Shown: positions 10,160-20,231 of the stretch, one piece after another
Layout of the letters: each line of letters starts with the position of its first letter
Position numbering within the stretch: the first letter of the stretch is position 1
Source of the DNA: an uncultured Candidatus Rokubacteria bacterium
Lineage (GTDB): Bacteria > Methylomirabilota > Methylomirabilia > Rokubacteriales > DASRDR01
Assembly: GCA_963805625.1 (NCBI GenBank)
Contig: CAWDVE010000014.1
Location: forward strand, 32,001 to 96,000
DNA length: 64,000 nt
Reading direction: 5' to 3'
Program-made: the position numbers and the translations under genes
The notes under the pieces: generated by a model
Told to the model about the DNA's origin: nothing
Seen by the model: only the letters and a program-made list of their open reading frames with translations
The model's database searches: none

Positions 10160-10196
10160 AAATCTGGAGTCCTAGGCCTGCCTAGACGACGGGGAC
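10119..10196 (-). tRNA. tRNA-Glu (TTC)
   Basis: GTCCCCG/CGGGGAC acceptor stem, CCAGA-TTTTCAA-TCTGG anticodon arm, GGTTCGAATCC T-arm, encoded CCA. Confidence 0.95.
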
Positions 10197-10221
10197 GCGT
10201 CCTCTAAATGCCCGCCACGCA

Positions 10222-10250
10222 ACGCTATCAAGACCATCAGTCCAATGCAA
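10222..10250 (-). promoter_or_regulatory. Putative sigma70 promoter of tRNA-Glu
   Basis: TTGCAT-N17-TAGCGT on the minus strand about 25 bp upstream of the tRNA. Confidence 0.55.
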
Positions 10251-10383
10251 GCAGCGATCAAGTCTTCGTGTCGCCAGCCGAAAATCTGGAATCAGTGACG
10301 GCCCGGGAGATGGTCTGGATGTGCAAGTCATCGGGAGATTGGAACTTTCATTCGCATCAATCGAACCTCGGCTCAAGGGTCAG

Positions 10384-10405
10384 GAGTGCCACCATGAGTG
10401 CCACC
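10384..10405. repeat. GAGTGCCACC-AT-GAGTGCCACC, 12-bp period direct repeat
   Basis: Near-identical copy at 39300-39320. Confidence 0.65.
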
Positions 10406-10501
10406 GGTACCGGCGGTCGAAGAGCCACGACGGCCAGGCGTACCGCGCGCGATCCCCACTTCAATTGGTTGAGAGGTTCGATCCAGCGAGACTAGACGCA
10501 G

Positions 10502-10740
10502 ACTAGTACCGTGTCAGCCGTGAGATACCCTGCGGACCATGAAGACCAGAGACCACCGTGGGCGCAGCGACTGAGACTCTCGCGTCGCGAGTGCAGGATG
10601 CTCACCGAGCTCCTGCGGGCCGGCCGGACCGGTCTGTGGCGGGCCCTGCGGGCCCGCGCGTCCTGCTCGCGGCCGCCGGCGTGGCCGTCTCGGAGATTGC
10701 CCGGCAGGTTGGGCGCGACCGCAAGTGGGTCCGACACACG
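10502..10740 (+). mobile_element. IS630-like left end and HTH fragment
   Basis: Begins at CTAG/TA; LRLSRRE..LTELLRAG..RARVLLAAAGVAVSEIARQVGRDRKWVR (frameshifted). Confidence 0.55.
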
Positions 10741-13071
10741 CCGTACCTCCCGGTGATCGAGCTGCTCCGCACCTACTTCGGCATCGACGGGCGCGATGAT
10801 CTGCGGAGGATCCGCGAGAAGGTGACCGGCAAGCTCCTGGCGCTGGATCGCGCGCTCGAGCCGGCGCTGCCGGCGTTTCTATGGCGTCCTCGACGTCCCC
10901 GTCGAGGACGCCCAGTGGCAGCGGCTCGACCCGCCGCAGCGCCGACAGCGCGCGCTCGACGGGGTCAGGCGGCTCCTCCTGCGCGAGAGCCTCGGGCAGC
11001 CGGTCCTCGTCCTGTTCGAGGACCTGCACTGGATCGACACCGAGACCCAGGCGCTGCTCGACGGCCTGGTCGAGAGTCTTCCCACCGCGCGCATGCTGCT
11101 CCTCGTCAACTACCGGCCGGAATACCAGCACCGGTGGACGGGCAAGAGCTTCTATCGCCAGCTCCGGATCGATCCCTTGTCCCGGAGAGCGCCGACGATC
11201 TCCTGACGGCGCTCCTCGGGTCGGATACAGCCCTCGCGCTGCTGCGGCGGCTCCTGATCGAGCGCACCGAAGGCAACCCGTTCTTTCTCGAAGAGAGCGT
11301 CCGCGCTCTGCTGGAGACCCAGGTCTTGGTGGGGGAGCGAGGCGCCTACCGCCTTGCGGCGCCGTCCGCGAGCCTCGAGAAGACCCTGCAGATCCCGGCG
11401 ACGGCCCGGGCGATCCTGGCCGCTCGCATCGACCGGCTCGCGCCGGAGGACAAGCGCCTGCTCCACGGCGCCGCCGTCATCGGCAAGGACGTGCCGTTCG
11501 CGCTCCTTCAGACCATCGCCGACGAGCCGGAGGAAACCGTGCGCCGCGGCTTGAGTAGCCTCCAGGCCGCCGAGTTCCTGTACGAGACACGGCTGTTCCC
11601 CGATCTCGAATACACGTTCCGGCACGCCCTGACTCACGAAGTGGCGTACGACGGCGTCCTCCACGACCGCCGACGTACCCTTCACGCCCGGATCGTCGAC
11701 ACCATCGAGGCTGTCTATCCAGGCCGGCTCGCGGAGCACGTCGACCGGCTCGCCCATCATGCCTTTCGTGGCGAGGTCTGGGAGAAGGCAGGTCGGTACC
11801 TCCATCAGGCCGGGACGAAAGCGGCCGGGCGCCTGGCGTTCCGGGACGCGATCGTGCGCTTCGAGCAAGCCCTGGTCGCGCTGGCGCATCTCCCGGACGA
11901 TCCGATGCGGATCGGGCAGGCCATCGATCTCCGGTTCGACATCCGCAATGCCCTCGTGCCCCTCGGCGCCATCGGGGAGACCGCGCTCCATCTTCGCGAG
12001 GTCGAGCCCCTGGTCACAGCCCTCGGCGATCGGCGACGGCTGGCGCGTCTCGCCATCTACCTGACGAGCTACCTCTGGGGGCAGGCCGGCTACGATGGGG
12101 CGATCGAGTGGGCTCAGCGCGCCGTCGCCCTTGCCGCGGAGCTCGGAGATCCCGCGCTCGAGGGCACCGCGCCCTACTATCTCGGACGGATCTACGACGC
12201 GTTGGGCGACTACGGGACGGCGATCCCCCTGCTGGAGCGGAGCGTGGCGTTGCTGGAGCAGCCGGCGACCGCTGAAGGACGGGGCATGATGTCGCACAGC
12301 CTCCCCTCCGTCCTGGCGCGCACCTTCCTGACCTGGTCCCTGGCGGAGCGTGGCGCGTTCCCTCAGGCCGTCGCGTGCGGAGAGGAGGCGGTCCGCCTGG
12401 CCACGGCGGCCGATCACGCGGAGAGCCTGCTCAGCGCGTCCGCGGGACTCGGCGGGGCCTTGAGTCGTAAGGGCGACATCGACCGAGCAATCCCCACGCT
12501 CGAGCGAGCCGTGACCCTGGGGGACGCCATCCAGGTCCCGCTCCTGTTCCCGTTCCTCGCCATGTCCCTCGGAGCCGCGTACATCCTGGCCGGACGGCCG
12601 GCCGAAGCGACGGCGCTCCTGGAAAAGGCCTGGGCGCAGACGGTGGCGATGCCGTTCAAGACCATCCAGTCACCGATGGCCGCGCACCTCGGCGAGGCGT
12701 ATCTCCGGACGGGGCGCATGGGCGAGGCCATGGATTTCGTGACGCGGGCGCTGGAGCTCTCCCGCCAGCACAAGGAGCGGGGGCACGAGGCGTGGAGCCT
12801 CCGCGGGCTCGGGGAGGTCGCGCTCGCCCAGGAGCCTCCCGACGCCGCCCGGGCCGAGGGCGCGTTTCGACAGGCGAGCGCCCTGGCTGGCGAGCTCGGG
12901 ATGCGCCCCTTGGTGGGCCACTGCCACCTGGGCCTGGGTACGCTCTACCGACGAACGAGAGACCGGGCGCGCGCCGAGGAGCACCTGACGCAGGCCCGGG
13001 ATGCGTTCAGCGACATGGCGATGGAGCACTGGGCGGCCCGGGCGCGCACGGAGCTCGACGCCAGCGTCTGA
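10741..13071 (+). pseudogene. AAA-ATPase/TPR part of an adenylate/guanylate cyclase-AAA-TPR protein; 5' truncated and frameshifted
   Basis: PYLPVIELLR, LFEDLHWID (Walker B), EGNPFFLEE, ARIDRL, YTFRHALTHEVAY, TPRs; frameshifts near 10885 and 11175. Confidence 0.85.
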
Positions 13072-13074
13072 CGG

Positions 13075-13295
13075 TGCTGGTCCGAGGCGCCGGCGCGATC
13101 CGGGCCATACGCGCCGGCGCCTCGGGGACGGTCGCCAACGGCCTCGACGGCCATCTCGCCGCAACCGAGTGAGCCGAGCCCCCCGGCATTGCTGACCGCC
13201 GCTGCCAGTTGCGGCGTCGCCGACCCTGCCATGGGCGCCTGGATGATCGGGTGCTCGACACCAAGCAGGTCGCAGAGCTCTCGACGCGGCCACAT
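13075..13295 (-). pseudogene. Nitronate monooxygenase family N-terminal fragment
   Basis: [30 protein letters not shown], then truncated. Confidence 0.8.
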
Positions 13296-13312
13296 GGGAG
13301 CCACCCTCCGAA

Positions 13313-14734
13313 CTAACCCTTGGTCTCGTCGGATGGGGCCTGGCCCGGGACGGCGAGCAGGCCGAGGGTGCGGCCTGAGAAGCGGAGCAGGGTCCCGACC
13401 GGAAGCAGTACAAGGCCGGCCGCGACCGCGACGTAGAGGACCTGCCGGAATCCGGCGAGATCGAGTGTCCCCTCCACGATGACTCCAAGGAGGACGGCTC
13501 CCAGAATCGCGCCCAGGTACCGTCCGGTGGCCCAGATGCCCCCGGCCACGCCGGACATCCCCGCTGGAGCCGACTCCAGCGCGGCGGACTGCTCGGCTCC
13601 CATCTGAAGGCCTACCCCGGCCGCCCCCACGGCCAGAGGTGCGATCAGGCCGAGGAGCGAGGTGTCGGCGTGGGCTTGCAGCAAGAGCCCGGTCCCGGCG
13701 AGCAGGAGCAGCGTCCCGCCGACCACGGGAACGGCAGGCCCCAGCCGGTCGCTGAGGAAGCCTCCCACCGGGGAGAGCGCCGCCATCACACTGGAGTAGA
13801 TCACGAGCACCCCGCCCACCTCCCGGGGTCCGCGGCCCTGCAAGCCGACCATGAAGAGCGGCACGAGGAGGAGCGTCGTGTACATCACCACGTTCGTGAG
13901 GAGGACTGCGACCGAGGCCCCCGCGAATGCCGGGTGACGGAAGAGGCGAAAATCGACGATCGGGTTGGCGTGTAGCCGTTCCCACGCATACAGGACCCCG
14001 CCCAGAGCGACGCCGGCGACGGCCACGGCCAGGACCGCCAGCGCTCCACGGGACAGGCGGGACAGGGCGACCACCCCGGCGGCGAGGGTCAGGCTGAGCA
14101 ACACCGCACCACCGGCGTCGAAGCCGCGATGGCCCTGGCGCACCGTCTCGGGCAGCCGCCGGATTGCGAGGGGGATGACGAAGGCCAAGATGGGGAGGTT
14201 CACCCAGAAGATCGACGCCCAGCCGAACTGGCCGACGAGGAGACCTCCGACAGCCGGACCGATGGCAGCGCCAAAAGTCATGCACGCGGCAAGCCAGCCG
14301 TAGGCGCGGCCTCGCGCGTCCACGACGAACGCGTGCCGGATGATCGCGGCCCCGTTCGGGTTCACCGCGGATGCACACACGCCCTGGAGCGCGCGGAACG
14401 CGATCAGGAGGGGAAACGTCGGAGCCAGCGCGCACGCGATCGAGGCGCCCCCGAGCCCGATGCAGCCGGCCACGAAGAGTCGCCGGTGCCCGTAGGAATC
14501 CCCCAGCCGGCCTGCCACGGGCTGAAGACTGGCCATCGTCACGAGGTATAGGGTCACGATCCAGCTGACCCCGGCCACGCCGACCCCGAACGCCGTCATG
14601 AGTGCCGGCAGCGCCACCGCGATCATCGTCGAGTTGATTGGGGTGAGGAACGTTCCTCCGGCAACGATGGCGAGGAGGAGACGCCCGTGGGCCAATCGCT
14701 CGGGCGCGCGTTCGCTCGTCGCTAAACTGCTCAC
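13313..14734 (-). CDS. MFS transporter (DHA2-like exporter)
   Basis: [22 protein letters not shown] (motif A), [16 protein letters not shown]; GTGA overlap with the upstream gene. Confidence 0.9.
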   Translation of the reverse strand: MSSLATSERAPERLAHGRLLLAIVAGGTFLTPINSTMIAVALPALMTAFGVGVAGVSWIVTLYLVTMASLQPVAGRLGDSYGHRRLFVAGCIGLGGASIACALAPTFPLLIAFRALQGVCASAVNPNGAAIIRHAFVVDARGRAYGWLAACMTFGAAIGPAVGGLLVGQFGWASIFWVNLPILAFVIPLAIRRLPETVRQGHRGFDAGGAVLLSLTLAAGVVALSRLSRGALAVLAVAVAGVALGGVLYAWERLHANPIVDFRLFRHPAFAGASVAVLLTNVVMYTTLLLVPLFMVGLQGRGPREVGGVLVIYSSVMAALSPVGGFLSDRLGPAVPVVGGTLLLLAGTGLLLQAHADTSLLGLIAPLAVGAAGVGLQMGAEQSAALESAPAGMSGVAGGIWATGRYLGAILGAVLLGVIVEGTLDLAGFRQVLYVAVAAGLVLLPVGTLLRFSGRTLGLLAVPGQAPSDETKG

Positions 14735-15549
14735 CGTGCGCCTCGAGTGATGGCACGTCGCTGCAGGAGATAGAGCATCTCCTGCGCGAAGGCCCACTCG
14801 AGATCCTGGGTCCCTCCGAACACCTCCTCGCATCGGGTGGCCAGGCCGTGAAGCTGATGAAGGTGCCCGTCCCCGAGGCAGAGCACGCTGGCCCGCTCGG
14901 CGGCGACGTCTTGCTCGATTGTTCCACCCTCGGGCAGCGGGCAGATCGCGACGGATTTCGTCCCCGCCACCCGCTCGATCACCGTGCCCTCGCGACTCAC
15001 CCGATACCGGTCGGGCGTCACCAGCCCCGCGACCACCGCCTCCCCAAGCCCCCAGGCGGCCTCGATGACGCGCTCGTCGGCGCCATCGAGCGGGTTCACC
15101 GTGAACAGGACGCCGGCAACGTCAGGAGCCACGAGCGTCTGCACCACCACCCCGATCTGCGGCTCGACCACGATCCCGAGGCGCCGGCGGTAGGCCAGCG
15201 CCGCGTCCGAGCGCGCCGACTCCCAGACGGCGCGCACGGCCTCGGTCAGGCCACTCCCCGAGCGGACGTTCAGCCGGGTGACATGCTGGCCGGCGAAGCT
15301 CGCGTGCTCGGAGTCCTCGCCGACGGCCGATGAACGAACGGCGAGTGGGCCCACGAGCGCGTGACCAACCCCGGCAAGCAGATCCATGGCGACCACATCA
15401 CCGGCGGCCACGGCCGCGACGAGCCGGGCGGGGAGCGCGGTCCCGTCGGGGACCGGAAGGCCCGCGCGAATCCCGGCGCCGAGTTGCACCGCCTTGCCCC
15501 CGAAGACCCCTTCGTCGGTCGCCTCACGGAGCGCGACCGGTTTCATCAC
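14731..15549 (-). CDS. Stand-alone PEP/pyruvate-binding ATP-grasp (PPDK_N) subunit
   Basis: [40 protein letters not shown]. Confidence 0.9.
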   Translation of the reverse strand: MMKPVALREATDEGVFGGKAVQLGAGIRAGLPVPDGTALPARLVAAVAAGDVVAMDLLAGVGHALVGPLAVRSSAVGEDSEHASFAGQHVTRLNVRSGSGLTEAVRAVWESARSDAALAYRRRLGIVVEPQIGVVVQTLVAPDVAGVLFTVNPLDGADERVIEAAWGLGEAVVAGLVTPDRYRVSREGTVIERVAGTKSVAICPLPEGGTIEQDVAAERASVLCLGDGHLHQLHGLATRCEEVFGGTQDLEWAFAQEMLYLLQRRAITRGAR

Positions 15550-17240
15550 ACGATCACGGCATCGCCGGCTCGCCCGTCGACCCGCACTCGCGCCCCGTCC
15601 CGAATCTGACGCGTGGCGTCGGTACAGCCGACAACCGCGGGAATCCCGTACTCTCGCGCCACGATCGCCGCGTGGGAGAGGAGACCCCCACGATCCGTCA
15701 CGATCGCCCCGAGCATCGGCAGCACGATGTTGAATGCGGCGCTCGTCGAGGTCGTGACGAGGACGTCACCGTGACGAATCCGAGCGAAATCGGCCGTGCC
15801 ATGAATGAGGCGGGCCGGTCCTTCGTAGACGCCGGGACTGACTCCCACCCCGCGCACCGACCGCGCCTCCGTGCGCGGGGGCGGCGTCACTAGGATGGCC
15901 TGAATACAGACCCTGATGGCAACCTCCGCGCGCGCGGCCGAGGACGGCAGCCACTCAGCTGGCAGGGGGTCACCCGGTGGCGATCCCAGCATCGCCGGCA
16001 CGTCGGCCCATGTGGTCTGCGCGCGGTAGCGCGCCCGCTGCGCCAGCTCGTCGGCGGTCGGCCCGTCAGCCCCCCGGATGAGCGCCTGCATCTCTTCGTA
16101 GTCAGCCTCGACGAACTCCGCCGCGCGCGCGAGGCGTCCGGTGCGCACGAGCCGCTCGCCGGCCTCGAGCATCGCACGGCGCGCGAGGCCGAACGCCCAG
16201 ATGTCGCAATAGATCCCGCGCTCATCGCGCAGCCGATACACGCTGCGCGCTTCCGCCAGGAGCGCGTCGAACGCCGGACGGTGTGCGCTCGGCACGCCGT
16301 CACGGATCTCCGCCGTAGCCGCCTCTCTCACGTCGGCCGCGGGCTGGGCTACCGCCGGATCCACCACGGAGCGCATGGCCTGGAGCAGCACCTCGGGCAT
16401 CTCCAGGGCGTAGGGTTCGCCCACGTCCAAGCCGTTCGCGAGCCGGTAACCGACGACGTCGATGTACGCGCCCACCGCAGCGCCGACCTCCCCCGGCAAT
16501 GCGCGCAGGGCCGCGAGCACGTCCCGCGGCGCCCCCGACGAGGCGAGTAGATCTCGGGCTCTCCCGTCTGCCGCGACGGCCCGCCGGACCCGCTCGAGCT
16601 CGTCCGCGGCGCCGCGTGAGACCTTGGACGCCCCGCCCAGCAGCGCGAGCAGCTCCGTCGCGGGTCGACCCGTCCACGCCTCGCCTTGGGCGAGAAAGTC
16701 CCCGACGGGCAAGAGCGCCGGCACGTTGAATCGATGATGCACGTAGATGAGACGCTTGGCATGCTCGCGGCAGCGCTCGAGGTGGGCGAACAGCGCGTCG
16801 GCCGAGAGGCTCGCCGGATCCACGGATTGCAGGGCCAGGTGGTCGCGGACCGCGCCTGGCTTGACTTCCCGGTCCCACCACTCGAGATCCTGGCGCCAGA
16901 TCTTCTGCTCCATGGCCACCGCGCTGGACGCGAGCCGCGCGCGAATCTCCGGATGGGACAGCATGAGCTCGTCCCAGACGTGCTTGGGCGGGTGGCCCAC
17001 CGCGTCGGGCGGCGCGCCGACCGGGCGCAGACAGAAGTAGGGGCAGCTTGCCGCGAACCGGTAGTCCAGGTTCTCCAGGAGCAGCCCGTAGCGCTTCAGG
17101 CCCTCCCCGAACCCTCGGGCGAACTGGCCCGGAAAGATCTCCGCGACGAAGCGGGTCACCGGCCGGGTGAAGTGGGTGGCGTCGAGGGCCCACGATCCTG
17201 GCCCCGGCGAGTCAAACCTGAGTCCTGCCTGCACACTCAT
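15546..17240 (-). CDS. Substrate-binding domain plus phospho-His swivel (PEP-utilizers) subunit
   Basis: C-terminal VTDRGGLLSHAAIVAREYGIPAVVG; large helical N-terminal domain; no ATP-grasp domain. Confidence 0.9.
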   Translation of the reverse strand: MSVQAGLRFDSPGPGSWALDATHFTRPVTRFVAEIFPGQFARGFGEGLKRYGLLLENLDYRFAASCPYFCLRPVGAPPDAVGHPPKHVWDELMLSHPEIRARLASSAVAMEQKIWRQDLEWWDREVKPGAVRDHLALQSVDPASLSADALFAHLERCREHAKRLIYVHHRFNVPALLPVGDFLAQGEAWTGRPATELLALLGGASKVSRGAADELERVRRAVAADGRARDLLASSGAPRDVLAALRALPGEVGAAVGAYIDVVGYRLANGLDVGEPYALEMPEVLLQAMRSVVDPAVAQPAADVREAATAEIRDGVPSAHRPAFDALLAEARSVYRLRDERGIYCDIWAFGLARRAMLEAGERLVRTGRLARAAEFVEADYEEMQALIRGADGPTADELAQRARYRAQTTWADVPAMLGSPPGDPLPAEWLPSSAARAEVAIRVCIQAILVTPPPRTEARSVRGVGVSPGVYEGPARLIHGTADFARIRHGDVLVTTSTSAAFNIVLPMLGAIVTDRGGLLSHAAIVAREYGIPAVVGCTDATRQIRDGARVRVDGRAGDAVIV

Positions 17241-17584
17241 CGTTGATTTCTCCCCAGGCAACTGACGTACGGGCGACCGGCGGCGTGATCCTCGCTCCGC
17301 ACCAACCGGAGACATCGGGGGCATGCCGAGATCCCGCTTCGGAACCTCGGCATGGTCGGTATCGGCCCCCGGGTGCCAGCCGACGATACTCCACGCCGAG
17401 GCGCCCCGCCAGAGGGCGCATCGCGGCTGATCCTGGCCCGTGGTACGCGGAAGGCCGTACACCGAGCCTGTGCTGCTCGGATCCAGAGGGAACAGGCGGG
17501 TGCACCAGCGTGAGCCAGGCACGCTTCGCGATTTCCCGGAGCGGGGATGGTATCGTTTCGAGAACGAGAATCTCCTCCTTGGGG

Positions 17585-17735
17585 CGGAGCCGTCTCGTCC
17601 TCTGGGAAGAACACGCCTGATGGGAAGCGATGCTCGGGTCGCACCTTCTTGAGCATCCCGTGAATGGTGCGGAGGTCGCGGTAGATCGTGCTTGGCTTCA
17701 CGCCGGCACGGCCGCGCGCCTGACGGAAGGCGCTG
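17585..17735 (-). pseudogene. Phage-type tyrosine integrase internal fragment
   Basis: GVKPSTIYRDLRTIHGMLKKVRP..FFPEDET resembles an integrase core-binding domain. Confidence 0.5.
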
Positions 17736-17769
17736 TTCAGGAATCGCCCGCGGGGGCGAACTGGCGCGA

Positions 17770-18939
17770 TCAGCCCTTCCGGAGCAGCGCGCTCCCGACC
17801 GTGTACCCCGCGCCGAAGGCGGTCATGCAGGCGATCTCGCCCCGCTGCATCGAGCGCTCTTCCGCCAGGCAGATGCCGACGCCGCAGCTGCTGGTGTTGC
17901 CGAAGCGATCGAGATTGATCGCGATCCGGCCGCGCCCCCCGTCCGATCCCAGGAGGCGCCGCTCGATGCCGTCGAGGATCAGGCGACTGGCCTGGTGAAA
18001 CATGAAGACCCGGACCTCGTCGGTCGAGCACGTGTTGCGCTCGAGAATCTCTTGCGTGAGCTGCACGACGAACGGCACCACCTCTCGGTACACCGCCGGG
18101 CCGTTCTGGTAGAAGTGCCGGTAGGCCGGGCTGCCTGGCTCGACGAACGCCGCCTTGCCATTGCCGAGAGCCACGTCCGCCACCAGCGGCCGGGTCCCGC
18201 CGAGCCCGGTGCGGATGTTGTCGCTCAGGCGCGAGCGGCAGAGGGTATCCACGATCTCGTACCCACCCTTGCCGCGGCCCAGGTCTGGTGTTTCGATCAC
18301 GGCCGCCGCCGCCCCGTCGCCCCAGAAGAACGCGGTCTCCGGATCGCGATAGTCGACTCCGCAGGTGAAATACTCGGCGGCGACCAGCAGGACCCGCCGA
18401 GCGACGGCCGCCGTGAGGAGCCCGCGGGCGATCTCGAGGCCGTAGACGAAGCTCGAGCACGCCGCGAGCAGATCGTAGGCGTGGGCCCGCTCGGCTCCGA
18501 TCCGGTGCTGGATCTCGATCGCCGTCGTCGGATAGACGCGGTCCGGCGAGGAGGTTCCGCAGATCACGACGTCCACCTGGTCGGCACCCACGCCGGCCGC
18601 ATCGAGGGCGCACTGCGCGGCGCGGGCGCCGAGATCCGACGCGAACTGCCCCGAGCTGGACGCTCGGCGCTCGAGGATCGCCGTACGATCGACGACCCGC
18701 CGCGTCCGGATCCCGATGCGCTGCTCGACGTAATCGGCGAACACGCGGCGCTCGAGCGCGCCGGCATCCGTCCCGACCTGGTCTGCCGCCGAGAGCTCGG
18801 CGAGACGCCTCCGGCGCCACTCGTTGCGGGCGACCCACACCGCCAGGCGATCCGGATCGATGACCGAGGCCAAGTCCACATTGGACAGGGAGTCCGCCGG
18901 AACGTGCAGCCCTCGACCGGTGATGATGGGGTACGCCAC
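17770..18939 (-). CDS. 3-oxoacyl-ACP synthase III (FabH-like) family protein
   Basis: Cys-His-Asn triad in AACSSF, FHQAS, GNTSS; WGDGAAA; AFGAG. Confidence 0.9.
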   Translation of the reverse strand: MAYPIITGRGLHVPADSLSNVDLASVIDPDRLAVWVARNEWRRRRLAELSAADQVGTDAGALERRVFADYVEQRIGIRTRRVVDRTAILERRASSSGQFASDLGARAAQCALDAAGVGADQVDVVICGTSSPDRVYPTTAIEIQHRIGAERAHAYDLLAACSSFVYGLEIARGLLTAAVARRVLLVAAEYFTCGVDYRDPETAFFWGDGAAAAVIETPDLGRGKGGYEIVDTLCRSRLSDNIRTGLGGTRPLVADVALGNGKAAFVEPGSPAYRHFYQNGPAVYREVVPFVVQLTQEILERNTCSTDEVRVFMFHQASRLILDGIERRLLGSDGGRGRIAINLDRFGNTSSCGVGICLAEERSMQRGEIACMTAFGAGYTVGSALLRKG

Positions 18940-19116
18940 GGACGCTTGCCTGTCCTTCTGAGCCCCGGCTCCTCACTAAGGGTAGGTCTCGAGCCCCTCG
19001 CGCGCCGCCGACGCAGTGACCGGATGGCCGGCCGCGCGGAACGGTCCTGAACGCCCCGACCACTTTACTAAACGCGCCGGCCGAATGCCCCATTTACGTG
19101 GGGCTGCTCGGGTGAC

Positions 19117-19260
19117 TCACCGCAGGCCGAGCTGGAGCTTCGCAGCCTCCGACATCCCACTGGGATCCCACGGCGGGTCGAACACGATCTCGACCTTGAG
19201 GTCAGTCACCCCCAGAATCGCCCCGACGCACTCTTCGGTCTCGGTGGGGACGAGGCGGGG
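19117..19260 (-). pseudogene. DUF59/FeS assembly domain C-terminal fragment
   Basis: VEIVFDPPWDPSGMSEAAKLQLGL. Confidence 0.7.
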
Positions 19261-19299
19261 CGAGACGAGGAAGAGGGCGGCGATCAGGCCGGCGGCACG

Positions 19300-19912
19300 A
19301 TCATACCCGCTCCGTCAGCCAGCCGAACCAGCTCGGCCACCGAGCCTGCCCGCATCTTCTCCATGACCTGGGCGCGATGTACCTTGATCGTCTTTTCGAC
19401 CACGCCGAGCTCGAAACGCGATCTGCTTGTTCAGCATGCCGGTCACGACGAAGGCGAACACCTCCGTCTCGCGCTGAGTCAGCATCTTGGTGCGCTCATG
19501 GATGCTCGCGAGGCGGGCCTCCGCGGCCCGATCCCGGAGGTCCTTCGCCAGGGCCCGCTGAATGGCTGCCAAAAGCTCCTTGGCATCGACCGGCTTGGTG
19601 AGCAGATCGACCGCCCCGTGCTTCATGGCCCTGACGCTCCCGGGGACGTCGATGTGGCCCGTGACGAACACGATGGACATCCGGCGCCCCGCGCCCGCCA
19701 GCGCGTCCCGCAAGTCGAGCCCGCTCAGGCCGGGCATCCGCACGTCCAGCACCAGGCAGCACGGACCGGCATACCGCTCACGCGCGCCAGGAACTCGCGG
19801 GCGGACGCCAACCCCTCGACCTGTACCCGGCCGATCCGATCAATCGAGCCAAGCTCCTCTGCACGGAGGTGTCATCGTCCACGACGAAAGCCAGCGGCGC
19901 GACCGTGGTCAT
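19300..19912 (-). pseudogene. FixJ/NarL-type response regulator with multiple frameshifts
   Basis: FVVDDD, LDVRMPGLSG, LTKP, LTQRETEV..GMLNKQIA spread across shifted frames. Confidence 0.85.
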
Positions 19913-20175
19913 GACTTGTCCTCGGCGCCCGCTAGCACCGTGAAATGAAAGGTCGCCCCCCCGTGCACGTTGTTGGCGGCGCCCAGGCGGCCGCCATGCG
20001 GGTCGACGATTGTACGCACGATGGTCAGGCCCATGTCCAGTCCCTCGGTCTTGGTGGTGTATCGCGGTTGGAACATACGCTCCAGGTCCTTGTCGTCGAC
20101 GCCAGTCCTGAGTCCTGCACCTCGACCTGGCCGGCGGCCGCGCCCTCCCGGGCCGTCCGGATGACGAGGGTCCGC
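19913..20175 (-). pseudogene. Histidine kinase HATPase C-terminal fragment
   Basis: VQDSG..TTKTEGLDMGLTIVRTIVD..GRL..NNVHGGATFHFT. Confidence 0.7.
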
Positions 20176-20231
20176 TCACCCGCGCCGGCTCTCGCATGGC
20201 CTCGTGGTACAGGATGCCAGAGCTTGCCACG

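Noticed and set aside
891-10196. A single island bounded by a tRNA-Glu direct repeat
   Set aside because: The fragment is a different isoacceptor whose acceptor and anticodon stems cannot pair with the intact tRNA's 5' half.
10558-13071. 837-aa ORF as an intact STAND/TPR defence NTPase
   Set aside because: It is an artificial join of an IS630 fragment and a frameshifted cyclase-AAA-TPR gene lacking its N-terminus and Walker A motif.
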